From a bacterium (GTDB lineage Bacteria; SZUA-182; DTGQ01; JAFGSM01), in assembly GCA_049472315.1 (NCBI GenBank), contig JBLIRN010000053.1, forward strand, positions 1-18,623: DNA of 18,623 nucleotides, written 5' to 3'. The notes under the pieces are model-generated. The model saw only the letters and a list, made by a program, of their open reading frames with translations. It had not been told where the DNA came from and searched no databases. A program made the translations under genes and the position numbers. Numbering within the stretch: position 1 is the first letter of the stretch; each line of letters begins with the position of its first letter. Below are positions 1 through 8,008 of the stretch, piece after piece.

Positions 1-1061
1 CCCGGGTTTTCCTCCGCAAGCCGGATGTTATTGGCAAGACCGAGTTCAGAGATCATTATGAGGACATCCACTCGCTCCACGTTCCGCAAATAGGGGACGA
101 ACTCCGCCACCTCCGTGTCTCCGCGGGTGAATCCGAATCCCTTCACCACATCCGCATATACCACCTGAGGACCACGCTCTGCGGTGAAACCCAGGATGCC
201 CACCTTCAGGCCATTGATGTAACGTATCTTGTAAGGGGATAGCACCCGCTGGCCTGTTGCAGCGTTATAGGGGTCGCCGTTGTAATAGAGATTGGCTGCG
301 AGCGCATTCCAGGGGGCAATGGGATTCGGCTCGGCAAAAAGCTCCCGAAAACGTCGGGTACCGTAAAGATAATCCCAGTTTCCCGGGGCAAAGGCATCGA
401 TGTTGAATGACCGGAGCACGTTTATGACCGCGCTTCCCCGCGTATAGAGGGCCTCCGCCGATCCCTGGATCGTATCCCCGCAGTTGACGAGGAGGGGATT
501 GGGATTTCTGCTCCGTATGTCCTGGATGATCGAATACATCCTGGCAAGGCCGCCCCGCATACGCCCGTCTCCGTCGCTCGTCAGGTGGGCACGCGGGATG
601 AGGTGCCCATGAAGGTCCCCGATGTGGATCAGGGTGATTTCATTGACAGGGCCGGCAGGGGGGACCGAATAGACAGGCCAGGGGCTGGAGCTCCGGGAGG
701 GCGGCCAGATGATGGGAAAATAGCTCGACTGCGGCCAGTTATACAAGGGTACCTGGGATGTAGTGGGAAAGGGATACCCCGGACCCCAGCTCCAGGGCAA
801 CTGCTGCATATACATGGGCGGGCCAGGGTAAGGGACATATGAAGGCCACCCCGATGAAGGTGCCGGTCCTGTTCTGGGGATATACCCACTCAGGGGCCGG
901 CCGGCAAGCGGATATTGGCCGATGCCGGGGAAGGGGCTCACCGGATGCCAGCTCCACGGGAGCGCCGGTATCTGGGCAGGTGCTGGAAAGGGAAGAAGGA
1001 GAAACAAAAAGAGAACGCATGTGAAGATATACGTTGTAGTAACGCGGCAGGTGTGCTTCAT
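1..1061 (-). CDS. Partial (runs off left edge) secreted calcineurin-like metallophosphoesterase of the 5'-nucleotidase/SoxB fold with Pro/Trp/Tyr-rich N-terminal extension
   Basis: Not in ORF track (no stop inside window). Manual translation from ATG 1061 (SD AAGGAG upstream): MKHTCRVTTTYIFTCVLFLFLLLPFPAPA|Q signal peptide, ~110 aa low-complexity segment, then ITLIHIGDLHGHL...GGLARM...VNCGDTIQGS...APGNWDYLYG...AANLY...GLKVGILGFT...VDVLIMISELG. The frame is open to position 1. Confidence 0.88.
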   Translation of the reverse strand, partial: MKHTCRVTTTYIFTCVLFLFLLLPFPAPAQIPALPWSWHPVSPFPGIGQYPLAGRPLSGYIPRTGPAPSSGWPSYVPYPGPPMYMQQLPWSWGPGYPFPTTSQVPLYNWPQSSYFPIIWPPSRSSSPWPVYSVPPAGPVNEITLIHIGDLHGHLIPRAHLTSDGDGRMRGGLARMYSIIQDIRSRNPNPLLVNCGDTIQGSAEALYTRGSAVINVLRSFNIDAFAPGNWDYLYGTRRFRELFAEPNPIAPWNALAANLYYNGDPYNAATGQRVLSPYKIRYINGLKVGILGFTAERGPQVVYADVVKGFGFTRGDTEVAEFVPYLRNVERVDVLIMISELGLANNIRLAEENP

Positions 1062-1160
1062 GTGATTGTCTCCTTCTCGTCAATCCTTGTGAAGCAGCCT
1101 ATGATATGAAATGTTGGTGTATTCTTGGTATCGGAAAAAGGTCTTATGGTGAAACACTGG

Positions 1161-1178
1161 TGTTGATAATTATCATCA
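1161..1178. promoter_or_regulatory. Palindromic putative repressor operator
   Basis: TGTTGATAATTATCATCA with perfect 12-bp core TGATAATTATCA (1164-1175), just downstream of the predicted promoter of the phosphoesterase gene. Confidence 0.4.
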
Positions 1179-1194
1179 GGATAGTTTTCTTTAA

Positions 1195-1223
1195 ATTTTA
1201 GCAAACCGCCCTAAAAATGTAAA
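1195..1223 (-). promoter_or_regulatory. Putative sigma70 promoter for the phosphoesterase gene
   Basis: Minus strand TTTACA (1223-1218), 17-nt spacer, TAAAAT (1200-1195), with extended -10 TGn. Confidence 0.6.
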
Positions 1224-1270
1224 GAAAATAAATCGTTGGGAGGGCCGTTTGCTTACGAGGAATGGCTCTA

Positions 1271-3646
1271 TCAATAGGACCACCAAGGCTTCACCTCTAC
1301 CGGGATCTCTATGGACGCATACCCTCCCCTGATGTCGTAGAATATGATCTGCGCATCATAAAATCCGGGGAAGCTGGTCTGGAAGGTCCAGACAAAGGTG
1401 CCGGCTGAGGTCTTTCCCACCGACCCGATGGTGCATGAGGCGTAGAGTTCATCCCCGTCAGGGTCGGTTATCGTGATATTCGGTGCGGTGATGATGAGCT
1501 CCTCACCTGCCCTCACCACCTGGGGTCGGGTGGGAATGCGCGTGATTACCGGGGGATGGTTCAGCCATGTCCCGGTACTTACGACGACGAAGAGGCGCTC
1601 GCCCATTCCATATGCTCCCCTGCTGTCGGAGCATACGACCACGTTACGCATGACTCCCTCGAATCGCGGCAGAAACGTGGTCAGGCCGTTGTGGGGGTCG
1701 ATGATGTCCTCGATCCAGGGCCCGTATTGGTACGCGGGCAATCCATTGACCGAGAGCCGGTAATACAGGTGGTCCTGGTCATCCCTGACCACGTTCCCCG
1801 GAAGATTGGGAATATGGGTCGTTGCGGGAATCCCTCCCCGGAACGGGGCGAGGGAGAAGATATAACAATCCGGATCGGCAAACAGGATGATGCACTCATT
1901 CTCCTCACCCACATAAAAGAGCTTGGGACACACGCGCGCCTGAACCACCGGAGGATAGTTCTCCACCGGGTAGTTCACCACCGAGACAGGGAAGGTCTCG
2001 ATGTTTGAGACCGCCCCGTTCGTCACCTCCAGGGTGAGGATCAGGTCCTCGAAGTATTGGGGGGTGAAGTCCATATAGGCGATGTGGGGCCACACCACGC
2101 ACCCTGCATTGTAGAGTGCCGCCTCCAAAATGAAGCACTCCCGGGGGCCGTAGTGAGCCTTGCCCAAGGAAGGGGATGGAAACCGCCTTGCCGCGTGGAT
2201 GGCCCTGAAGGCGGTATAGGAAAAGAGCATGATGTATGTGGGCATCCCGTCATAGGGATTGATGGGCAGTGGTTGCACGGTAGAGGTGGTGCCGAGCTGT
2301 CCCGCCGTCTGTATCCCGTCCGCGCCATAGCCCCCCACCGTAGCGTTCCATCCGAGGGTCTGGTTCCGTAGGGCAGCCGCCTTAGCCCCGCCGATCCTGA
2401 ATGCAGGGCTGGAGAAAACCGGCAGGCTGATGTCGATCACGAAATCCCTGCCCATAAGGTCGGTGTAGAAGGGCTCAGGCTTCCCATAGCTTCCATGGTT
2501 CGGGTCGAGGTGGTTGGGGTCCATCCGAATTACGCCCCCCACATTGCTGTCCTGCAGCCATGCATCCACGATGGCGTTCTGATCCACCAGGAAGTTGTTC
2601 GCATCGAGCAACAGATCGTTCACCGGGGGCACGCTCTTGTCCGTCCCGTACTCCGCCATGAACAGGTACCGGTAGGGCTCAAAAATCTGTGCATACAGAG
2701 GCCCGATCTCGATGAGGTCAGGCGGCTGCATGATGGTGTAATCACGCCGCCTGAAGATGATATCGTCCATGCGAAACATCCAGCCTCCTGCCGTCACGAG
2801 GTTCGCCACCCCGAGTTCCTCGCCCGCAGGTACCGATCCCCCATGGGCCTTTGTATTTACCTCGTTCAGGTCGAGCCATACCGTATGCCACGAGCCGTCA
2901 AGGAAGTTGCGGCCGATCTCCACCCTGATGAGCATGGGTGAGGTGGAGGATCCATCATCAACAAGGGTGGCATGGTACGTGCCCATGTTCATGGTTGATG
3001 CCCCGCCCCCGAGGGAACTACCCCCTGGGGGCTGCACCGGCCGTATCCGAATACTGAAGGGAGTGTCGTCATGCGTTCCCGCGACGCCATCCACCCCGAG
3101 GGTCTTCCCCTGAACGCTGAAATCGAAGGTGTCCCAGGGCTCGATCCCCAAGGGCGCCCTGAACTTGAAGGTCAGGACCGGATTGGCAGGATCGGCGTCA
3201 GTGGGATCCAGGTTGATCCCCACACCCCCATCAGGAGTCTTCGCGCCCGATGGGGTAAAGAGAAAACGGCTGATGAAGTGCCTCTCATAGGGGGTCCCCA
3301 GCAAGAAGATCGAATGGGGACGGTATACGTCCAGCACCCTGCTCCCCTCCTGCAGGTCCATGACTGTATTGAATGTGATCGCATACCCCAACCCGAACCC
3401 ATATGTCGGATATGCAGGCTCGGACTGGACCCACCCGTGATTGTACGGACTGTCCCAATACTCGAAATTGTCCACGAGTATATCACCGGTCGAGCCGCTC
3501 GTGGCCGGCACCCTTAGGGACTGGCTCGAAAAGGCGGGATACCGCCAGATGGCACCCGATACCTGGGCGCGGGACGAGGTGCTGAGGAAGAGGATTGCCG
3601 AGCAGAGCATAATCACGGCCAAAAAAAATCTGTGTGGATACCTCAT
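1271..3646 (-). CDS. Large secreted/surface protein of unknown function (~791 aa) with C-terminal cadherin/Ig-like repeats
   Basis: Long ORF; ATG 3646 gives signal peptide MRYPHRFFLAVIMLCSAILFLSTSSRA|Q (the track's start at 3682 lies inside the repeat array). Two C-terminal units NYPPVV...DPD...DSRGA and NHPPVI...DPDGDEL...DIRGG resemble cadherin-like beta-sandwiches. Internal GVDGVAGTHDD motif; ends KPWWSY. Confidence 0.8.
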   Translation of the reverse strand: MRYPHRFFLAVIMLCSAILFLSTSSRAQVSGAIWRYPAFSSQSLRVPATSGSTGDILVDNFEYWDSPYNHGWVQSEPAYPTYGFGLGYAITFNTVMDLQEGSRVLDVYRPHSIFLLGTPYERHFISRFLFTPSGAKTPDGGVGINLDPTDADPANPVLTFKFRAPLGIEPWDTFDFSVQGKTLGVDGVAGTHDDTPFSIRIRPVQPPGGSSLGGGASTMNMGTYHATLVDDGSSTSPMLIRVEIGRNFLDGSWHTVWLDLNEVNTKAHGGSVPAGEELGVANLVTAGGWMFRMDDIIFRRRDYTIMQPPDLIEIGPLYAQIFEPYRYLFMAEYGTDKSVPPVNDLLLDANNFLVDQNAIVDAWLQDSNVGGVIRMDPNHLDPNHGSYGKPEPFYTDLMGRDFVIDISLPVFSSPAFRIGGAKAAALRNQTLGWNATVGGYGADGIQTAGQLGTTSTVQPLPINPYDGMPTYIMLFSYTAFRAIHAARRFPSPSLGKAHYGPRECFILEAALYNAGCVVWPHIAYMDFTPQYFEDLILTLEVTNGAVSNIETFPVSVVNYPVENYPPVVQARVCPKLFYVGEENECIILFADPDCYIFSLAPFRGGIPATTHIPNLPGNVVRDDQDHLYYRLSVNGLPAYQYGPWIEDIIDPHNGLTTFLPRFEGVMRNVVVCSDSRGAYGMGERLFVVVSTGTWLNHPPVITRIPTRPQVVRAGEELIITAPNITITDPDGDELYASCTIGSVGKTSAGTFVWTFQTSFPGFYDAQIIFYDIRGGYASIEIPVEVKPWWSY

Positions 3647-3652
3647 ATCATA

Positions 3653-3875
3653 CAACCAAACCTTGTCGGGCGGAGCAACCAAACTTTGTTAGGCGGAGCG
3701 AAGCGGAGCACTATGCTGCCCCTCCAAATCCAAAAAGATTGCTGCAAATACATATTTAAGAACTTTGTCAGGCGGAGCGAAGCGCAGCACTATGTTACCC
3801 TTACGACCTTAAAAAGGACCCGCAACACCGCTTTCCTAACAACTTTGTCAGGCGGAACATCGCATATTTACTATG
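3653..3875. repeat. Array of imperfect direct repeats (three ~34-bp units at 79-80 bp period plus a 23-bp tandem partial copy)
   Basis: AACTTTGTTAGGCGGAGCGAAGCGGAGCACTATG (3682-3715) vs AACTTTGTCAGGCGGAGCGAAGCGCAGCACTATG (3761-3794), 32/34 identical. Third copy 3841-3875 keeps AACTTTGTCAGGCGGA and ACTATG. 3653-3675 and 3676-3698 are a 20/23 tandem duplication. Confidence 0.85.
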
Positions 3876-3972
3876 ATCTGTCGAAAACTACAGAAATTCA
3901 ATAATGGATACTTATATTTATATTATATTATATGCACAAGGATGAGTACAGGGCGCAGGGTGCCCGGATGCA

Positions 3973-4048
3973 ATGTCGTAGAGCCAACAATACTACTGCA
4001 CATGATTGATCATGATCGGATATGACGGCTTGGGCTCTACAATGACAT
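3973..4048. repeat. Inverted repeat, REP/REPIN-like (GTAG...CTAC)
   Basis: ATGTC-GTAGAGCC (3973-3985) pairs with GGCTCTAC-aat-GACAT (4033-4048); palindrome GATCATGATC lies in the loop. Confidence 0.45.
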
Positions 4049-4063
4049 CGGCTAACCTCTCCC

Positions 4064-4117
4064 GCATGTGCCCGGTCTAAGATTGGATCTTGCTATCGGG
4101 AAGGTATGATCGCATGC
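4064..4117. other. Nested imperfect hairpin downstream of tatC
   Basis: GCATGTG/CGCATGC, CCCGGT/ATCGGG and AAGAT/ATCTT stems are nested around a TGG loop. Confidence 0.35.
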
Positions 4118-4203
4118 ATTCCTTTCATTAAGAGAAAAAGGTTGGGAGAAGGAAGGCTAATGATGGGGAATGCCCCCGATGCGCTTAAGGAAGGGGGATT
4201 ACC

Positions 4204-4974
4204 TCATAAGGGCATCCGTGCCTTTTCCGCATTGACCGGGATACCAACAGGCGATTTGCTTTTTTTGTACACCGCCTTTGAGAGCAGGATGCCTACCTCG
4301 TAAAGTATGGTGAGCGGTATTCCCATGAGAAGCTGCGTTATGACATCCGGGGGGGTTAGTATGGCGGAAAGGGTGAAGATGATCAATACGGCGTATTTGC
4401 GATATCTCGTCAGGAAGGAGGGCTCAATGACTCCGATCTTCGTAAGAAAGAGCATTATGAGGGGAAGCTCAAAGACGAAGCCGAATATCATGAGAAAGAC
4501 CATGGTGAGGGTGATGTAGAACTCCACGCTGAGCCGAGGTGTGAGTGCCGCCGTCTTATAGGTGATGAGAAAGCCAATGCCGTAAGGGATGATAAGGTAG
4601 TAGCAAAAGACAACACCCGTGAAGAATAAGAGAAGCGCGAAGACGAGGAACCAGATGAGGGGCCTCCGGTCCTTTTTTGTAATCATCGGCGCGATACATT
4701 CCCATACATGATAGAGGACAAACGGCAGAGAAAGCATGAGCGCCGTGAAGAAGGCGAGCTTGAGGTGCACGAAGAACGGCTCGGTCGGCTTCAGGAATAC
4801 AAGGGGTAGATTCTTCAAAGGGGAGCGGAGGATTCCCAGGATATTTTCAGACAGGAAAAAGCATATCACGAAGACGATGGATAAAAAGACAGCTATCCTT
4901 ATCAGTCGTCGGCGAATCCTCGAGATCTGTCCAAGGACAGCGGACGTATCCCATTGCCCTATTGGTATCGGCAT
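4204..4974 (-). CDS. tatC: Twin-arginine translocase subunit TatC (divergent signal-binding residues)
   Basis: 256 aa, ~6 hydrophobic segments, TatC motifs RRRL, PTEPFFVHLK, FGFVFELP, AILTPPDVITQLLMGIPLTILYE. Confidence 0.92.
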   Translation of the reverse strand: MPIPIGQWDTSAVLGQISRIRRRLIRIAVFLSIVFVICFFLSENILGILRSPLKNLPLVFLKPTEPFFVHLKLAFFTALMLSLPFVLYHVWECIAPMITKKDRRPLIWFLVFALLLFFTGVVFCYYLIIPYGIGFLITYKTAALTPRLSVEFYITLTMVFLMIFGFVFELPLIMLFLTKIGVIEPSFLTRYRKYAVLIIFTLSAILTPPDVITQLLMGIPLTILYEVGILLSKAVYKKSKSPVGIPVNAEKARMPL

Positions 4975-4992
4975 ATAACTGCACAGGTGGAA

Positions 4993-5112
4993 TTATTTAA
5001 TGTCCTTCTTTTCCCTGTCGGTTTTGTGGTTTCTGTATCCAACATAAATGAAAAAACAGACGGTAACACCCACAAGAAGGTATACCGGCCAATCCTTGCT
5101 GATGCTGAGCAT
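4993..5112 (-). CDS. Small single-pass membrane protein (39 aa)
   Basis: Strong SD (AGGAGGATAGGAGAA-ATG at 5112); MLSISKDWPVYLLVGVTVCFFIYVGYRNHKTDREKKDIK has one hydrophobic helix and a charged tail; stop 18 nt before tatC start. Confidence 0.65.
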   Translation of the reverse strand: MLSISKDWPVYLLVGVTVCFFIYVGYRNHKTDREKKDIK

Positions 5113-5296
5113 TTCTCCTATCCTCCTGTGCACGTTCCATAGCGGAATCGAATGATATTGTCTCCCGATGATCACGGTGGCTCAATCCGGCACACATCCT
5201 CTCTATAAAATAGATCGAAGGATCACGGGAAGAGCCCCGATCACATGGAAGGGCACTTATTTCTTCATATTTCACTAACTATATGATGTATTTGTC

Positions 5297-5325
5297 ATAA
5301 TATTAAATTTAAAATCGGTTGTCAA
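5297..5325 (-). promoter_or_regulatory. Near-consensus sigma70 promoter for small ORF-tatC
   Basis: Minus strand TTGACA (5325-5320), 17-nt spacer, TATTAT (5302-5297), with AT-rich upstream sequence. Confidence 0.7.
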
Positions 5326-5612
5326 TACGATTATTTTTATATATTTTATAAGTATAGTCTATTTTTTTGATTTTTTAAAAATATTCGCAAGATATACATT
5401 GGCATCATTCCCCTTCCCCAGGATGTCGAGCAAGTGTGCAATATTCCCTTGATAAAGACATCCTCGGCAGTTGATCAAACTGTTGATTGTTGTAGTGTCG
5501 GATAACCACTGGGATCACACATTTTATGAAGATGGATATGAGGACAAGAAAGATGCAGGGCGCAATGCGCCTCTCGGTCAGATCGTGAAATACGATGAAA
5601 TAGATTGAGCCC

Positions 5613-6572
5613 TCACAGATAGATACGGGGGACAACACCCTGCCGGCGCTGGTATGTCCGGGCCAGGACCCCCTCCAAAAGCCCCCCTTCGCTCACGGTC
5701 AGCGAGCTGATCCCGAACCGCTCCATCACCTTGAGGAGGATCGCCGTGCCCGCCACGATGATATCCTCCCTCCCGGTTTCGAGTCCGGGTATCCTTCGCC
5801 GCTCCTCGAGGGTGAGTGCCTTCAGGTGATCATGGATTTCCTTGATCCGGCGATAATGCAATCGATATCCGTGCACCTTGAGCGGGTCGTATTCGATCAA
5901 GGCCTGATCGATGCTCGCCAGCGTGGTCGGGGTTCCCGCGGGGGCAACCAGCATGGTGATCCGTTTCGAAGGCTGGACGAGGTGATCGAGATGCCTGGCG
6001 ATGCATTCGTCGACAGCCAGCTTCTCCTCTCCCATAGGTGCATTGATGCCGCATTGTTCGGTGAGCCTGACGGCGCCGAGTGGAATGCTCCAAAGCGCCT
6101 CGGTACCGTCCTCCTGCTGCAGGGCGCATTCGGTACTCCCTCCACCGATATCGCAGACGAAGAGTGGATACGTCAAACCATCAATTGTTGATGATACCCC
6201 GAGCAGGGTCAGTGAGGATTCCTCCTCACCATCGATTATCCTGAGCGGCATCCCCAGTTTCTCCCTCATCCCTTCAATCAATTCCTCCTGATTCACTGCC
6301 TCCCGTGCCACACCGGTGGCAACCATATGAATGTCCCGCACACCCAGTTTCCGGGCCTGGTCTCTGAGTTCACCGACAGCGGCAAAGGCCCTCTCCATGG
6401 CCCGGGCCTTCAGACGCCGGTCGGGCTCGAAAAATTCCCCCAAACGGGGTACCCGAAGTGCACGGAAGACGATCTTCAGGGAATGTTCAGGGCGTGATAG
6501 GCAGCGTGCACACAGCAGGCGAATCGAATTACTCCCCAAATCTATGGCGGTCAGGGGTGGTTCATTATACAT
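5613..6572 (-). CDS. ppx: Ppx/GppA family phosphatase, short form without HD domain
   Basis: ASKHA motifs AIDLGSNSIRL, ATGVARE, IIDGEEE, DIGGGSTE, GREDII, EGGLLEG; 319 aa. Confidence 0.93.
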   Translation of the reverse strand: MYNEPPLTAIDLGSNSIRLLCARCLSRPEHSLKIVFRALRVPRLGEFFEPDRRLKARAMERAFAAVGELRDQARKLGVRDIHMVATGVAREAVNQEELIEGMREKLGMPLRIIDGEEESSLTLLGVSSTIDGLTYPLFVCDIGGGSTECALQQEDGTEALWSIPLGAVRLTEQCGINAPMGEEKLAVDECIARHLDHLVQPSKRITMLVAPAGTPTTLASIDQALIEYDPLKVHGYRLHYRRIKEIHDHLKALTLEERRRIPGLETGREDIIVAGTAILLKVMERFGISSLTVSEGGLLEGVLARTYQRRQGVVPRIYL

Positions 6573-6625
6573 GAATGCCCTCGAAGGGAGAAAACCGGAT
6601 TCTCAAGGAAGAATATCGCCGTTGC

Positions 6626-7777
6626 TTACTGGGGCAACCGCAATCGGACAACCTTGCCGAATTCACCGAGGGGGCCGACAGGTTCGCCTTCATAGGTGAG
6701 GATCACCCCGCCGGCATTCCCTATGAGAAGCGAAAACTCCTCATGGGCATTGAGCTTTACCTTATCCCCCTCCTCGAGAATGAAATCGTAGCTGGGGATG
6801 TCATCGATGGCAACATCGATCCAGGTCCTCTCCACGGCGGTGATGACGAGTTCCTTTTTCGGCCCTTCCGTTTCATGGGTCATAACGGTCTCAAACGCTT
6901 CCGCTCCACTGTGGGGAGAGGTGCCGGGAAAAAGACCAGCCCCGATGAGGGATGTATCGAGAGACGCTATGGTGACTGGCTTGATAGGCTGATCCTCGAT
7001 GATCACCCTCCTGTCTTCTGAAACAGGTTCTTGTTCGCTGGATGACCGTTTCTCCATTTGCTCTGGCTTGGTCGCACCCGAGGCATCCGCAAGTTCCTTG
7101 TGGAGACTCTTTTCGATCTTAGGGACGTTCATGAGTGTCTTCTCGAATTCAAGCCTCCCAATCATTGCATCCTGTGGCGCTGAGGTGTCAAACGGCTCTT
7201 GCGCGGTTTCGGCCAGAGTTGCGATGTCCTGCTCGATCCCTGTTCCACTGAGTACATCCTTCTTACCCACTGAGGGTGAGATGGCGGTGTTCAATTTCTC
7301 TATATTCTGAGAGATGAGGGGACTGCGGCTTTCGTGCATGGAAAGGGATGTCTGCCTGAGGAATATCGACCACGCAAACCATATCCCCACGATGAGGAAA
7401 ACGATCAAAAAGGTGGGAAGGACGCGTTTGTGACGCATACGCTCGGCCCTGGTCAAGATCTTGTTCTGATCGAAACCCACCCTTCCCAGCCGTTGTCTCT
7501 CATTGATGAGAAATTCGCTGTGGTCGGTTATGCGGGTGTTTTGAACAAAGTCGGCGTACCGGGAAATCACCTCATTGGAATCCAGCCCGAGCTGTTTGGC
7601 ATAGGTGCTGAGAAAGCCTTTGGCAAAAGCGGGATATGGGAATTTTTCCACGTGATCCGATTCGAGTGCCTCGAGGATATGATGGCTTATTTTGGTGGCG
7701 TTACTGATTTCCCTGAGGGATACCCCCTTTTTTTCCCTTTCAGCTTTGATGAAGGCACCGAAGGATTCCACGGCCAT
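6626..7777 (-). CDS. rodZ: RodZ-like protein (N-terminal HTH, one TM helix, C-terminal DUF4115-like domain)
   Basis: N-terminal FGAFIKAEREKKGVSLREISNATKI...LEALE...FAKGFLSTYAKQLGLD; TM LPTFLIVFLIVGIWFAWSIFL; C-terminal TWIDVAID...IGNAGGVILTYEG...G..GKV. Confidence 0.85.
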   Translation of the reverse strand: MAVESFGAFIKAEREKKGVSLREISNATKISHHILEALESDHVEKFPYPAFAKGFLSTYAKQLGLDSNEVISRYADFVQNTRITDHSEFLINERQRLGRVGFDQNKILTRAERMRHKRVLPTFLIVFLIVGIWFAWSIFLRQTSLSMHESRSPLISQNIEKLNTAISPSVGKKDVLSGTGIEQDIATLAETAQEPFDTSAPQDAMIGRLEFEKTLMNVPKIEKSLHKELADASGATKPEQMEKRSSSEQEPVSEDRRVIIEDQPIKPVTIASLDTSLIGAGLFPGTSPHSGAEAFETVMTHETEGPKKELVITAVERTWIDVAIDDIPSYDFILEEGDKVKLNAHEEFSLLIGNAGGVILTYEGEPVGPLGEFGKVVRLRLPQ

Positions 7778-7830
7778 TTCCTCTTAGGATAAAAATTACA
7801 ATAAAATGGCTTTAGTCCACACCCGTTAAA

Positions 7831-7859
7831 ATTTTATCATTTCTCCGTAACCCGCGCAA
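7831..7859 (-). promoter_or_regulatory. Putative sigma70 promoter for rodZ-ppx
   Basis: Minus strand TTGCGC, 17-nt spacer, TAAAAT with extended -10 TGn. Confidence 0.55.
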
Positions 7860-7934
7860 GGAAGCGCCCCTTCATTCCCGTTAGTTTTTATATCGACATT
7901 TTGTCGGATAACCATCATGGCGCTATTGCACCCG

Positions 7935-7963
7935 TTGCTCACTGAAGGATACTGTGGTATGAT
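7935..7963 (+). promoter_or_regulatory. Putative sigma70 promoter for PilZ-mutL-miaA
   Basis: TTGCTC (7935-7940), 17-nt spacer, TATGAT (7958-7963) with extended -10 TGn. Confidence 0.55.
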
Positions 7964-8008
7964 GCATTCATTGTATTGCCATGAGTCATCACTACCCATA
8001 TTCCAAGG

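Noticed and set aside
1..1061. Calling the gene soxB or a UshA-like selenoprotein
   Set aside because: No in-frame TGA in the visible part, GNW instead of GHW, no Tat signal and no sox genes nearby.
585..1109. Short track ORFs (585..842, 629..889, 739..1083, 839..1024, 915..1109)
   Set aside because: Alternative frames or antisense of the real gene starting at 1061, which the track omitted because it has no stop in the window.
3653..3875. Bona fide CRISPR array or integron attC cassette array
   Set aside because: Only three units, one strongly diverged, no cas or integrase, and no attC-type long hairpin; kept as an unexplained repeat.
4060..4120. c-di-GMP-I riboswitch (GGTCTAAG...TATGA resemblance)
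   Set aside because: Lacks the GCAAA motifs and GNRA tetraloop stem, and has no downstream gene on that strand.
5405..5638. 77-aa ORF downstream of ppx
   Set aside because: Non-ATG start overlapping ppx, no clear SD or motif.
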